Shown here one piece after another: positions 1-10,060 of a stretch of DNA of 64,000 bases (position 1 is the first letter of the stretch; the number at the start of each line of letters is the position of its first letter). Source of the DNA: Pseudomonadales bacterium (GTDB lineage Bacteria > Pseudomonadota > Gammaproteobacteria > Pseudomonadales > UBA7239); NCBI GenBank assembly GCA_041395665.1, contig JAWLAB010000003.1, forward strand, positions 98,961 through 162,960, given 5' to 3'. The position numbers and the translations under genes were made by a program. The notes under the pieces were generated by a model that saw only the letters and a program-made list of their open reading frames with translations, was not told the DNA's origin and searched no databases.

Positions 1-315
1 GGATTCCACCAGCAGAGGGCGCATGGCATCGCGCTCGTATTTGAGATCGCCCGCTAAACACTCCAGAGGGTTCTCACCGATCAGTAGCTTGCCCAAGTTT
101 TGTAGGTTGGGTAGGCCTTCCAGAAAGAGAATGCGTTCAATCAGCTTGTCAGCTTCTTTCATTACTCGGATGGACTGTTTGTAGGCGCGATCATTGAGTT
201 TTTCCAAGCCCCAGTTGCGCAGCATACGTGCGTGCAAAAAATACTGGTTGATAGCCGTCAGCTCATTTTTTAAAACTTTATTTAGCGCGTCGATAACTTT
301 TTTATCACCTTTCAT
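1..315 (-). CDS. bfr: bacterioferritin subunit, first 105 codons only (gene runs off the window start)
   Basis: Own translation from ATG at 315..313: [67 protein letters not shown]. It is collinear with E. coli Bfr. Met52 is present, while positions 51 and 54 are V and E. The start overlaps the stop of the upstream bfr (ATGA). Confidence 0.85.
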   Translation of the reverse strand, partial: MKGDKKVIDALNKVLKNELTAINQYFLHARMLRNWGLEKLNDRAYKQSIRVMKEADKLIERILFLEGLPNLQNLGKLLIGENPLECLAGDLKYERDAMRPLLVES

Positions 316-791
316 GGGGCGTCTCCCATCTGCGATTGCTGATAGTTTTGCAAGCCGATCATGTCAATCAAACGGAGTTGTTGTTCAAGCCAGTAGGCGT
401 GATCCATTTCTGTGTCATCCAGTTGCAGCAGTAGCATTTCGCGCGTGACAAAATCCTGTGCTGCCTCACTGGCAACGATAGCCTTTTTTAATGAGTCCAC
501 TACATGGTATTCCAAGGCGAGGTCAGACTTGATCATCTCTTGTACAGATTTTCCTACATTGAGTGAATCGCGCTTAGAAAGATCCGGTTTTCCCTCTAAA
601 AATAAAATTCTTTGAATGATTGCCTTTGCGTGCTGTTTTTCATGGTCTGATTCATGCAGGCTTTTTTCAGCGAGTTTTTTCAAGCCAAAGTCTGCATACA
701 TTTCGCCATGAATTAAATATTGATCAACGGCGGTTAATTCGCCAGTCAATAACTTATTCAAAATGTCGATAATTTTTTTGTCGCCTTTCAT
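312..791 (-). CDS. bfr: bacterioferritin subunit (ferroxidase-centre type)
   Basis: The 159-aa ORF begins [25 protein letters not shown]. Bfr-like ferroxidase ligands E18, E51, H54, E94 (ALEY), E127 and H130 (TEMDH) are present. Residue 52 is Lys rather than Met. AAGGAG RBS upstream. Confidence 0.9.
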   Translation of the reverse strand: MKGDKKIIDILNKLLTGELTAVDQYLIHGEMYADFGLKKLAEKSLHESDHEKQHAKAIIQRILFLEGKPDLSKRDSLNVGKSVQEMIKSDLALEYHVVDSLKKAIVASEAAQDFVTREMLLLQLDDTEMDHAYWLEQQLRLIDMIGLQNYQQSQMGDAP

Positions 792-891
792 AACTTTTCT
801 CCTTTATATACTGCGTAGGAATGGGAATGAATCGTATTATCATATCCCTTTGATATTTATAGAGTATTTATCGTTCTTATACGAATTAAAG

Positions 892-1761
892 TCAAGTTTT
901 TTGCTGGCGTAATCGTTCAATGAGTACAGATGCATCGCTGCGGTTATGCCCCATGTTTTGTAGTTCTTTGTAGTACTGATTGATTTGTTCAACGCCTTGC
1001 AATTCGCAATGAAAATCTTTCGCAGCGGCAAGAGCGATTTCTAAATCTTTTCTCACCCAATCCACTGCAAAACCAAAGTCGTATTCGCCACGCAACATGG
1101 TGTGAGCACGGTTATCCATCTGCCAAGATTGCGCTGCGCCTTGCGAAATAACTTCCAAAACGGCATCAGTATCCAAGCCTGCACTCTCGGCAAAAAATAA
1201 GCCTTCAGCCAAGCCGGCCACCACGCCGGTAAAGCAAATTTGGTTGACCATTTTGGTGAGCTGCCCAGCGCCTGCGTCACCAATGCGCTTGGCGCGTTTG
1301 CTGTAGGCGGCAATGACGGGTTCGATGCGCGTGAAGGCGGCTGCGTCGCCGCCAGCCATCACTGCCAACTGACCTTTTTTCGCGCCGGCTTGCCCGCCGG
1401 AAATGGGTGCGTCAATGAAATGCAGCCCTTGCTGTGCGGCGAGTACATACAGCTCGCGCGCAACGCGAGCCGAAGTGGTGCTGTGATCCACCCAAATCGC
1501 TTTCGGTTGCATATACGGGAAAGTAATGCTTGTCACTTCGCGTAAATCATCGTCATTGCCGACGCAGGAGAACACGATATCTGCGCCGTTAACGGCTTCA
1601 GCAATCGAAGTGACGCAAGTTTGTCCGTGTTGCTGCTGCCAAAGTGCTGCGCGTTCGGCGTTGCGGTTGTATGCCTGCACTTTGTAGCCAGCTTGTACGA
1701 GATGCCCAGCCATAGGGCCGCCCATGGTGCCGAGCCCGATCCATCCTATCGTCAGTGTCAT
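892..1761 (-). CDS. NAD(P)-dependent oxidoreductase, 3-hydroxyisobutyrate/6-phosphogluconate dehydrogenase-like family
   Basis: The Rossmann motif IGWIGLGTMGGPMAGHL lies at the N-terminus when the start is taken at internal MTLTIGW (1761). Length and downstream blocks (GDAGAGQLTKMVNQ) fit the HIBADH family. Confidence 0.75.
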   Translation of the reverse strand: MTLTIGWIGLGTMGGPMAGHLVQAGYKVQAYNRNAERAALWQQQHGQTCVTSIAEAVNGADIVFSCVGNDDDLREVTSITFPYMQPKAIWVDHSTTSARVARELYVLAAQQGLHFIDAPISGGQAGAKKGQLAVMAGGDAAAFTRIEPVIAAYSKRAKRIGDAGAGQLTKMVNQICFTGVVAGLAEGLFFAESAGLDTDAVLEVISQGAAQSWQMDNRAHTMLRGEYDFGFAVDWVRKDLEIALAAAKDFHCELQGVEQINQYYKELQNMGHNRSDASVLIERLRQQKT

Positions 1762-1827
1762 GAGTGCGCCTCGCAATGGGGTAGAATCGCGCATTCTGAA
1801 CCGTATCCACCAACAGGAAAACCACAC

Positions 1828-2352
1828 ATGGGTCACATTGCTGTCTATAACGTCACGGCCAAAATTCCTGCCGAGAAAGCGTGGGAAAAATTGAAAGATT
1901 TATCGCTGGCACACAACTATGTGCCGAATATCACCAAATGCGTGATCACCACCGCGCAGAAAGAGGGTGTGGGTGCGAGCCGTCGTGTTTCTGGTCCTCA
2001 ACAAGCCTTGGATGAAACGGTAACGGAATGGAACGAAGGACGCGGTTTTGTGATTCGTTTACACAACGGCAGCAAACCAGCTAAACCGTTTGGTGCGGCT
2101 AACTTTACTTACCGTATTGATAAAGTGGATGAGAAATCCTGCAAACTCACTTGCACCATGACTTATGAAATGGGCATGGGCTTTTTTGGTAGTTTGCTGC
2201 ACAGTTTGTTCATTGGTAATTTGATTCGCGGCAATATCCGCGATGTCGCTTTGTCGATGGCGTATTTTTACGAAACAGGTAAAAAGCCATCGAAAGAAGA
2301 TTTGGTGCGTTTGCGCGCTGAAGATAAAAAGAACGCCAAACCTTTCCCTTGA
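1828..2352 (+). CDS. SRPBCC (polyketide cyclase/START-like) family protein
   Basis: Start taken at ATG 1828 (MGHIAVYNVTAKIPAEKAWEKLKDL), divergent from the oxidoreductase. About 175 aa. The opening 'AEKVWE.L.D' type pattern is typical of SRPBCC proteins. Confidence 0.55.
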   Translation: MGHIAVYNVTAKIPAEKAWEKLKDLSLAHNYVPNITKCVITTAQKEGVGASRRVSGPQQALDETVTEWNEGRGFVIRLHNGSKPAKPFGAANFTYRIDKVDEKSCKLTCTMTYEMGMGFFGSLLHSLFIGNLIRGNIRDVALSMAYFYETGKKPSKEDLVRLRAEDKKNAKPFP

Positions 2353-2387
2353 TTGATCGACATCTATTTTTCACTTGGAGAATTGCT

Positions 2388-2708
2388 ATGAAAAAAACAC
2401 TCATCAACAAAACAACTTTATTGGCTGCAGTAACAATGGCAGGCTTTGTTGCCGCGCCTTTCGTAAATGCGGCAAGCAATCCGTTTAGCAATACCGAATT
2501 AGTGTCAGGTTATAACTTTGATCATCCGGCAGAGCATCAGTCGGGTGGCGATAAAAAAGATGAAAAGTCGTGCACTGACAAGAAAGATGAAAAACAGTGC
2601 GATAACAAAGATGGCAAGAAAGACGATGTCATCCCTGGTCACAGTGAAAAAGCAGCCGCAGAGGGCAAATGTGGTGAAGGAAAATGCGGCGAAGGTATGA
2701 TGGACTAA
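2388..2708 (+). CDS. secreted Cys-containing RiPP precursor, HvfA-like (EGKCG motifs)
   Basis: GGAG RBS 8 nt upstream of ATG 2388. Sec signal peptide MKKTLINKTTLLAAVTMAGFVAAPFVNA/AS, then NPF..ELVSGY. The core is K/D/E-rich with 4 Cys and ends in EGKCGEGKCGEGMMD. Sits immediately upstream of the DUF692 and DUF2063 genes. Confidence 0.65.
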   Translation: MKKTLINKTTLLAAVTMAGFVAAPFVNAASNPFSNTELVSGYNFDHPAEHQSGGDKKDEKSCTDKKDEKQCDNKDGKKDDVIPGHSEKAAAEGKCGEGKCGEGMMD

Positions 2709-2721
2709 TCGGTTCATCCTC

Positions 2722-3552
2722 ATGATTCATGCAATGCCCGTAGCGGGTGCGGGTTTAGGTATCCGGCGGGCATTGTTGAATGATTTGCAGCAGATGAATG
2801 CTGCGGTTGATTTTCTTGAAGTTACGCCCGATAACTGGATTCACACGGCAGGTAAGCCGCTCAAACAATTACACGAATTATCCGCGCGTTATCCCATGTT
2901 GGCGCACGGTTTATCGCTTTCTCTCGGCGGAACCGATCCATTGGATGTGGATTTCATCGCAGAACTCAAAATATTCTTAGATACGCATCGCGTTCATGTC
3001 TACAGCGAGCATTTGAGTTTTTGCAGTGCAGAAGGGCATTTGTACGATTTGATGCCAATTCCTTTCACAGAAGAAGCCATTAAAAACACTACGCAGCGTA
3101 TTCGTGAGGTGCAAGAGCGGTTAGAGCGCCGCATCGCCATCGAAAATGTTTCTTACTATGCCGCGCCGTATCAAGTGTTGTCAGAAATAGATTTTATCAG
3201 TGCAATTTTGGTTGAAGCAGACTGTGATTTGTTGCTGGATGTTAACAATGTTTATGTCAACAGCATTAACCATCACTACAACGCACAAGATTTTATTCGC
3301 GCAATACCTACAGAGCGCGTGGCTTACTTGCATGTGGCGGGGCATTACACGCAAGCCGAGGATTTGCGCATTGATACACATGCTGCGCCTGTTTGTGACC
3401 CAGTGTGGGAGTTGCTGGCATATACCTATCGGCAACATGGCATAAAACCAACAGTATTGGAGCGTGATTTCAACTTCCCGCCTTTTGTGGATTTGTTGAA
3501 GGAAGTGCAGCAAATACAGGCTATTCAGCAATCGGTGCAAGGCAATGGCTGA
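2722..3552 (+). CDS. multinuclear non-heme iron oxidase (MNIO, DUF692; MbnB/HvfB/BufB-like RiPP maturase)
   Basis: 276 aa. Opens with GAGLGIRR and contains EVTPDNW, SLSLGG, YSEHLSF, IENVSYY, LLDVNNVYVN, LHVAGH and VLERD, a TIM-barrel block pattern I recognise from DUF692 proteins. Confidence 0.8.
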   Translation: MIHAMPVAGAGLGIRRALLNDLQQMNAAVDFLEVTPDNWIHTAGKPLKQLHELSARYPMLAHGLSLSLGGTDPLDVDFIAELKIFLDTHRVHVYSEHLSFCSAEGHLYDLMPIPFTEEAIKNTTQRIREVQERLERRIAIENVSYYAAPYQVLSEIDFISAILVEADCDLLLDVNNVYVNSINHHYNAQDFIRAIPTERVAYLHVAGHYTQAEDLRIDTHAAPVCDPVWELLAYTYRQHGIKPTVLERDFNFPPFVDLLKEVQQIQAIQQSVQGNG

Positions 3553-4270
3553 ATTGCGTGAGCAGCAGTTGCAGTTTGCTAATCATCTACGCAACCCTGC
3601 AAAATTTCCTGCGCCGCAAGGTGTAGAGGAAAGGCGTTTGCAGATTTATCGTGATTTATTTTTTAATAATATCGCCAATTTATTAGCGAACACTTTTCCC
3701 GTTATGCGCAGTATTTTGAATGACGCTCAGTGGCAAGCCTTGGTACGAGATTTTTATACTGAGCATCATTGTGAAACGCCGTTGTTTCCGTGGATAGCGG
3801 GCGAGTTTGCCGAGTATCTGCTCAACGAGAGCGATAATGTAGGCGTTTTTCCCTTTCTTGCTGAATTGGCGTATTACGAGTGGAGTGAAATTGCGCTGCG
3901 CCACACAGCGGATGATGCAGAAATGCCCATGCGAGTGGGTGATAAACCTGTGCTGTCGCCGCGTTGTTGGGTACTGTCGTATCACTATCCTGTGCATCGT
4001 ATCGGTAAAGATTTTTTGCCGCAGCAGGTAGAGGCTATACCTGTGTGTTTGTTGATGTATTGCAATCAAGATGATGAAGTGAAGTTTGTGGAATCGAATC
4101 CAGCTACTTTTCGTCTATTGCAGTTATTAATGGATGATACATTTATCAATATGGATGTGGTAAACACACAATTGTTGCAAGAAATGCAGCCAGAGAAACC
4201 AGATGTGCTGTTAAAGCATCTGCAGCAAACTATTGCACAGTTACAGGGTTTGGGTGTTTTGCTTGTTTAA
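3545..4270 (+). CDS. DUF2063 family RiPP-maturation partner (HvfC/BufC/MbnC-like)
   Basis: 241 aa. The start overlaps the DUF692 stop by 8 nt (ATGGCTGA). The N-terminal pattern QLQFANHLRNP...RLQIYRDLFFNNIANLLANTFPVMRSIL is typical of DUF2063 proteins that pair with DUF692. Confidence 0.7.
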   Translation: MAELREQQLQFANHLRNPAKFPAPQGVEERRLQIYRDLFFNNIANLLANTFPVMRSILNDAQWQALVRDFYTEHHCETPLFPWIAGEFAEYLLNESDNVGVFPFLAELAYYEWSEIALRHTADDAEMPMRVGDKPVLSPRCWVLSYHYPVHRIGKDFLPQQVEAIPVCLLMYCNQDDEVKFVESNPATFRLLQLLMDDTFINMDVVNTQLLQEMQPEKPDVLLKHLQQTIAQLQGLGVLLV

Positions 4271-4300
4271 TTGCAGTGGTGCAACTATTGCTGTTTTTCT

Positions 4301-4828
4301 TTATAGCCCAGCAGGGCACTGCTCATCTAGCCAAACTCCATTACTTTTCACATCGATTTTTTGCGCGATACTGCGAATAGTAAGAATTAGCTCTGTAGTG
4401 GCTTGCCAATGCCTATCATCCAGTAGACGCACAACGGTTAGCCCTGAACCGCTGGGGGCGGAGCACTGAATCTGAAAGATCAAGACATTGTTCACGCGTT
4501 TTCCACGGCTCACATTGCAGCCGCTACCTTGATCGTTGACGAAATTGCCGCTCGCAATTTGCTGTGTATTCACGCATAACTGCGCGGTGCCATCACTGCT
4601 TACGCGCGCGTGGTTTTGTTGCAGCATTCTGTTGATATGCGTTTGTAGTTTTTGTGGCCCCATCCCTACGAGTTTGCTGAGGTTCGGCACTTGGCGATCA
4701 AACAAAAACACTTGGCTGTCTACCTGCCATAAACCGGTACGCGGAGCTACTGGTTCCGCCGCCCAGCCAGCAGCGGTGATTGAACTTAGCAAGAGGTAGA
4801 GAATGATAGGCAACGCTGTATTTTTCAT
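4301..4828 (-). CDS. secreted protein, DUF3617-like
   Basis: Signal peptide MKNTALPIILYLLLSSITAAGWA, then the TGLWQV motif and spaced Cys residues. This resembles the PGLWE-type DUF3617 family. The family assignment is from memory only. Confidence 0.4.
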   Translation of the reverse strand: MKNTALPIILYLLLSSITAAGWAAEPVAPRTGLWQVDSQVFLFDRQVPNLSKLVGMGPQKLQTHINRMLQQNHARVSSDGTAQLCVNTQQIASGNFVNDQGSGCNVSRGKRVNNVLIFQIQCSAPSGSGLTVVRLLDDRHWQATTELILTIRSIAQKIDVKSNGVWLDEQCPAGL

Positions 4829-4986
4829 GGCAGAAGATGGTATGCAGAATGAACCCGTTGATCATACCTTTTCTGCCAGCTGATTGAAGTGGTCTTTCGG
4901 TCGGCTGCCATTGATGGGGGGATGCGAGGTGGGCGTGTATAATCACCTGAACTTTTGTCTGTATTTACTCGTGGTTACCTACAGTG

Positions 4987-7626
4987 ATGAAAAGCGCACA
5001 AATTCGCCAAGCCTTCCTTGATTTTTTTGCCAGCAAAGGGCACGCCGTGGTGGCGAGCAGCTCGTTGGTTCCGCATGAAGATCCCACTTTGCTATTTACC
5101 AATGCGGGGATGAATCAATTCAAAGATTGCTTCCTCGGCTTGGATAAACGCACCTACACCCGTGCGGTGACTTCACAGAAATGTGTGCGTGCTGGCGGCA
5201 AGCACAATGATTTGGAAAATGTTGGCTATACCGCACGCCATCACACTTTTTTTGAGATGTTGGGCAACTTCAGTTTTGGTGATTACTTCAAGCAAGATGC
5301 CATTCAGTTTGCGTGGGAATTTTTAACATCGCCTAAATGGTTGTTTATTCCACAAGAAAAATTGTGGGTCACCATTTATGCCACTGATGATGAGGCATTT
5401 GATATTTGGCATCAAAATATTGGTATTCCAGCCGAGCGTATTATTCGTATCGGCGATAACAAAGGTGCGCCTTACGCTTCCGACAATTTTTGGGCGATGG
5501 GTGATACCGGCCCTTGTGGTCCGTGTACGGAAATTTTTTACGATCACGGCGAACATATTTGGGGTGGCTTGCCTGGCTCGCCAGAAGAAGACGGTGATCG
5601 CTACATTGAAATTTGGAACAATGTTTTTATGCAATTTAATCGCACAGCAGATGGTGTTTTGCATCCGTTACCTGCGCCAAGTGTGGATACGGGCATGGGC
5701 TTGGAGCGCATTTCAGCGGTAATGCAGCATGTGCACAGCAACTACGAAATTGATTTGTTTCAAATGCTATTAGCGTCTGCGGCGAGTGCTGTTGGTTGCA
5801 ATAATGAAGGTCAAGCCTCGCTCAAAGTGTTAGCAGATCATATTCGTTCTTGTTCTTTTTTGATTGCTGATGGTGTGACACCTTCTAATGAGGGGCGCGG
5901 TTATGTGTTGCGTCGCATCATTCGCCGCGCTGTGCGACATGGCAATAAATTGGGTGCGCAAGATGTGTTCTTCTACAAAATGGTGGCAGCTTTAGTGCAA
6001 GAGATGGGCGAGGCCTATCCTGATCTGAAAAAACAGCAAGCACATATTGAAAAAACACTACGCACAGAAGAAGAACAATTCGCTCGCACACTCGATAATG
6101 GCTTGAAAATTCTTGAGCAGGATTTGGCGGGGCTGCAAGGCACGGTTGTGCCTGGCGATGTCGTGTTCAAGCTGTACGATACTTACGGTTTCCCCATGGA
6201 TCTCACAGCTGATATTGCACGCGAACGCGATTTAACGATTGATGAAGCGGGTTTTGAGCAAGCGATGGAAAAGCAGCGTAAACGCTCACAGGAAGCTGGT
6301 AAGTTTGAGCTGGATTACAACACGCTGATTAAAGTGAATGTGAATACAAAATTCACGGGTTATGAATCCGTTAAAGGCTCTGGGAAGGTGGTTGCACTTT
6401 ACCGTGCTGGTGAGCAAATTGACGCACTGCGTGAGGGCGATGAAGGCATTGTGGTTTTAGATAGCACGCCTTTTTATGCCGAAGCAGGCGGGCAAGTGGG
6501 TGATGCTGGTTTTCTCTACACGCAGTTTGCGCGTTTGGATGTGAATAATGTCACTAAAAGTGGCGGAGCAATTTTGCACCATGTCACGATGACACAAGGC
6601 TATGCAAAATTGGGTGATACGCTGTACGCCAATGTTGCTGTTGATGCGCGTTTGGCAACAGCATCCAATCACTCGGCCACGCATTTATTGCACGCGGCGT
6701 TACGCAAAGTGTTGGGTGCGCATGTGCAACAAAAAGGCTCGTTGGTGGATGATCAGCGCTTGCGCTTTGATTTCTCACATCCAGAAGCATTGAATGATGA
6801 GCAGTTGCAAACGATAGAAGCTTTGGTGAATGATGAAATTCGTCGTAACACGGCTGTTGAAACAACTGTTGGTGATATGGAAACCGCTAAAGCCAAAGGT
6901 GCGATGATGTTGTTCGGTGAGAAATACGGCGATACGGTGCGTATTTTGACGATGGGCGCAGGGTTTTCTGAAGGGCATCCTTTCTCAGTTGAATTGTGTG
7001 GCGGTACGCACGCCAAACGCACGGGTGATATTGGTTTGTTTCGTATTGTTTCAGAAGCGGGCGTTGCATCGGGTGTGCGGCGCATTGAAGCTGTAACGGG
7101 TAGAGGTGCGTTGGCTCGTTTTGATGCAGTGGAAGCAGAAATTGATGATGCGTGTGCGGTGTTAAAAACCAATCGCGCTGGTTTTACAGACAAAGTGCAA
7201 TCGTTGGTTGATATCAATCGTCAGCTAGAAAAACAGTTGGCTCAATTGAAAATGAAATTGGCGAGTGGTGGCAGCAGCGATCTCAGTACACAAGCGAAAG
7301 ACATCAATGGCGTAAAAGTATTGTCAGCACAATTAGATGGTGCTGACATCAATGCCTTGCGTGCTACTTTGGATCAGATGAAAGATAAATTGAAGTCGGC
7401 GGTAATTTTGTTGGCAGCCACAGAAGATGGCAAAGCAACGCTGATTGCTGGTGTTACAGCGGATTTAACAACGCGTTTTAAAGCAGGTGACATCATTCGC
7501 GATTTAGCGCCCTTAGTGGGTGGTAAAGGTGGCGGTCGTGCAGACATGGCGCAAGGCGGCGGCACGGATGTGGCAGGTGTGCCGAATGCTTTATCTGCAT
7601 TAGAAAATTGGGTAGGCCAGCGTTAA
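4987..7626 (+). CDS. alaS: alanine--tRNA ligase
   Basis: [19 protein letters not shown]..., 879 aa, full-length AlaRS architecture. ATG 4987 is preferred over the in-frame GTG at 4984. Confidence 0.97.
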   Translation: MKSAQIRQAFLDFFASKGHAVVASSSLVPHEDPTLLFTNAGMNQFKDCFLGLDKRTYTRAVTSQKCVRAGGKHNDLENVGYTARHHTFFEMLGNFSFGDYFKQDAIQFAWEFLTSPKWLFIPQEKLWVTIYATDDEAFDIWHQNIGIPAERIIRIGDNKGAPYASDNFWAMGDTGPCGPCTEIFYDHGEHIWGGLPGSPEEDGDRYIEIWNNVFMQFNRTADGVLHPLPAPSVDTGMGLERISAVMQHVHSNYEIDLFQMLLASAASAVGCNNEGQASLKVLADHIRSCSFLIADGVTPSNEGRGYVLRRIIRRAVRHGNKLGAQDVFFYKMVAALVQEMGEAYPDLKKQQAHIEKTLRTEEEQFARTLDNGLKILEQDLAGLQGTVVPGDVVFKLYDTYGFPMDLTADIARERDLTIDEAGFEQAMEKQRKRSQEAGKFELDYNTLIKVNVNTKFTGYESVKGSGKVVALYRAGEQIDALREGDEGIVVLDSTPFYAEAGGQVGDAGFLYTQFARLDVNNVTKSGGAILHHVTMTQGYAKLGDTLYANVAVDARLATASNHSATHLLHAALRKVLGAHVQQKGSLVDDQRLRFDFSHPEALNDEQLQTIEALVNDEIRRNTAVETTVGDMETAKAKGAMMLFGEKYGDTVRILTMGAGFSEGHPFSVELCGGTHAKRTGDIGLFRIVSEAGVASGVRRIEAVTGRGALARFDAVEAEIDDACAVLKTNRAGFTDKVQSLVDINRQLEKQLAQLKMKLASGGSSDLSTQAKDINGVKVLSAQLDGADINALRATLDQMKDKLKSAVILLAATEDGKATLIAGVTADLTTRFKAGDIIRDLAPLVGGKGGGRADMAQGGGTDVAGVPNALSALENWVGQR

Positions 7627-7628
7627 TC

Positions 7629-10058
7629 ATGGCAAGACCTGCAAATAAAATGGCTACTCGTCAACGCGTATTACCGTTGGAAGCGTCTGTGCGCGTGCCT
7701 GCTCCGCCTTCGCGTGCCAACCTTGCTTTAGCGCGCGGTGTGCGTGAAATTGGTTTGCTCTTGCTTGCGTGTTTTATTCTTTTTGTGTTTGTGGCTTTGT
7801 TGACTTACAACAGCGCAGATCCAGGTTGGTCGAGCACCGCATCCTTAGGTGATTTCCAAAGTGGCACTATTCACAATTTAGGTGGGTATTTCGGTGCGTG
7901 GCTGGCAGATGTTCTATTTTCAGTGTTTGGTCGCTTGGCGTATTTACTACCCATTGTGTTGACGGTGTACAGCGTGTTGCGTATTCAAAAACGCCACCGC
8001 TTAGAACCATTGGATCCTACCATGTTGGCATTGCGCTTGATTGGTTTGCTGCTAGTTATGGTAGCGGGAACGAGCATTGCGACTTTGCAATGGCCTACAC
8101 AGATAACCAGCGAATTGCCGTTTTCTAGTGGTGGTTTAGTTGGCCAAAGTCTTGCTAAACCTGCGGAAGAAACGCTAGGTTTACTGGGATCAACATCGCT
8201 GTTAAGTATTCTTTTTCTTTTTGGGTTTACTATTTTTACGGATTTATCGTGGCTGTGGTTGATGGATGAAGTGGGACGCATAACGCTGTCTCTGATTGGT
8301 CATTCGCGTCAATCGGTATTGGATGTGCAGCGCGAGCGTTCAGAAAAACGCAGCGCAGATGATGCGCGTGAAGAAAGACAACGCACGATGGACGCACACC
8401 GCTTGCGTATGGAAAAACGCAAAACACCTGCGCCGGTCATTGTGGAGCCACCTGTGTTGGTGGAAAAAGTACAACCGAGTAAACGCGTGGCGCGTGAAAA
8501 ACAAGTGCGTTTATTTTCTGATGATGCAACAGCGGGTGAATTGCCCGCGTTGTTATTGCTCGATCGCGCACAAGCCGCAGATAAGCGTGGCTATTCGCAA
8601 GAATCGCTAGAAGCGATGTCGCGTTTGCTGGAAATTAAATTAATGGATTTTGGTGTCAGTGCTGAAGTGGTTTCTGTGCAGCCGGGGCCTGTGATCACGC
8701 GTTTTGAAATTCAACCGGCTGCAGGCATCAAAGCGAGCCGTATTTCTGGATTAGCAAAAGATTTAGCGCGTTCACTCGCGGTAATTAGTGTGCGCGTAGT
8801 CGAAGTCATCCCAGGCAAATCTTATGTCGGTATTGAAGTGCCGAACGAGCAGCGCGAAATTGTTCGCCTGGGCGATGTATTAGCTTCGCAAGCGTACGAT
8901 GATTCCAAAAGCCCACTCACGCTGGCACTTGGTCACGACATTGCCGGCATGCCGGTGATGGCCGATCTCGCCAAAATGCCGCACTTGTTGGTGGCGGGTA
9001 CAACGGGTTCAGGTAAATCCGTCGGTGTGAATACCATGCTGATGAGCTTGCTGTTCAAAGCAGGCCCCGACGAAGTGCGTTTGATTTTGGTCGATCCAAA
9101 AATGTTGGAACTTTCTGTTTATGAAGGCATTCCGCATTTGCTAACACCCGTTGTGACCGACATGAAAGATGCTGCGAATGCATTGCGTTGGTCCGTGGGT
9201 GAAATGGAACGCCGTTATAAATTGATGGCAGCGCTCGGCGTGCGCAATCTTGCGGGCTACAACAAAAAAATACTGGATGCGAAAGCGGCAGGTGAAACGA
9301 TTGCTGATCCTGTGTGGCGACCTGATCCGATGGCGTTTGAGCCGGTCGATCAACAAACGGCACCGAACTTAGATAAATTGCCGTACATCGTTATCGTGAT
9401 TGATGAATTTGCCGACATGATGATGATTGTCGGTAAAAAAGTAGAGCAATTGATTGCGCGTATCGCACAAAAAGCGCGTGCAGCGGGCATTCATTTGGTG
9501 TTGGCAACACAGCGTCCATCGGTGGATGTGATTACCGGTTTGATCAAAGCGAATATTCCAACGCGTATTGCGTTTCAAGTGTCATCCAAAATTGATTCGC
9601 GCACGATTATTGATCAGGGCGGCGCAGAACAATTGCTCGGTCACGGTGATATGTTGTATTTGCCACCGGGCAGCCCTGTGCCTATTCGTGTGCACGGTGC
9701 GTTTGTGGATGATCACGAAGTGCATGCAGTTGTTGAAGACTGGAAACACCGTGGTGAACCGAATTATTTGGAAGAAATCATGCAAGAACAGACAGGCGTT
9801 TTTGTGCCTGGCTTTTCCAGTGGTGATGAAGAAAGCGGTGAGGGCGGCGATCCTGAAGGTGATGTGTTGTATGACAAAGCAGTCGCCTTTGTTTTAGAAA
9901 CCCGCAGAGCTTCTATTTCTGCCGTACAACGCAAATTTCAAATTGGTTACAACCGCGCTGCGCGTTTGGTCGAAGCGATGGAGGCAGCTGGCGTAGTCAG
10001 TGCTATGAATAGCAATGGCAGCCGCGAAGTTTTAGCGCAAAATCTTTCCATGAGGTAG
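7629..10058 (+). CDS. ftsK: DNA translocase FtsK
   Basis: N-terminal TM segments, a linker, a motor domain with Walker A GTTGSGKS, and a C-terminal gamma domain ([22 protein letters not shown]). ATG 7629 lies just after the alaS stop. Confidence 0.95.
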   Translation: MARPANKMATRQRVLPLEASVRVPAPPSRANLALARGVREIGLLLLACFILFVFVALLTYNSADPGWSSTASLGDFQSGTIHNLGGYFGAWLADVLFSVFGRLAYLLPIVLTVYSVLRIQKRHRLEPLDPTMLALRLIGLLLVMVAGTSIATLQWPTQITSELPFSSGGLVGQSLAKPAEETLGLLGSTSLLSILFLFGFTIFTDLSWLWLMDEVGRITLSLIGHSRQSVLDVQRERSEKRSADDAREERQRTMDAHRLRMEKRKTPAPVIVEPPVLVEKVQPSKRVAREKQVRLFSDDATAGELPALLLLDRAQAADKRGYSQESLEAMSRLLEIKLMDFGVSAEVVSVQPGPVITRFEIQPAAGIKASRISGLAKDLARSLAVISVRVVEVIPGKSYVGIEVPNEQREIVRLGDVLASQAYDDSKSPLTLALGHDIAGMPVMADLAKMPHLLVAGTTGSGKSVGVNTMLMSLLFKAGPDEVRLILVDPKMLELSVYEGIPHLLTPVVTDMKDAANALRWSVGEMERRYKLMAALGVRNLAGYNKKILDAKAAGETIADPVWRPDPMAFEPVDQQTAPNLDKLPYIVIVIDEFADMMMIVGKKVEQLIARIAQKARAAGIHLVLATQRPSVDVITGLIKANIPTRIAFQVSSKIDSRTIIDQGGAEQLLGHGDMLYLPPGSPVPIRVHGAFVDDHEVHAVVEDWKHRGEPNYLEEIMQEQTGVFVPGFSSGDEESGEGGDPEGDVLYDKAVAFVLETRRASISAVQRKFQIGYNRAARLVEAMEAAGVVSAMNSNGSREVLAQNLSMR

Positions 10059-10060
10059 GT

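Noticed and set aside
800-870. Fur-box-like sequence upstream of bfr (minus-strand GATATGATAATACGATTCATTC).
   Set aside because: Only the TGATAAT half-site matches well. By my hand alignment, the second half of the 7-1-7 Fur consensus matches at about 3 of 7 positions. That is not enough to call without a scoring matrix.
2505-2723. ORFs overlapping the RiPP precursor (2518..2700 on the plus strand, 2505..2723 on the minus strand).
   Set aside because: These are alternative-frame readings of the A/G-rich low-complexity precursor region. Only the 2388..2708 frame has an RBS, a signal peptide and the Cys motifs.
4829-4877. Imperfect hairpin GGCAGAAgatGGTATG...CATACCtttTTCTGCC abutting the start codon of the DUF3617-like gene.
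   Set aside because: It has two short stems (7 and 6 bp) with an internal mismatch bubble and no flanking U-run. No conserved motif is recognisable. It could be a chance structure in a divergent promoter region.
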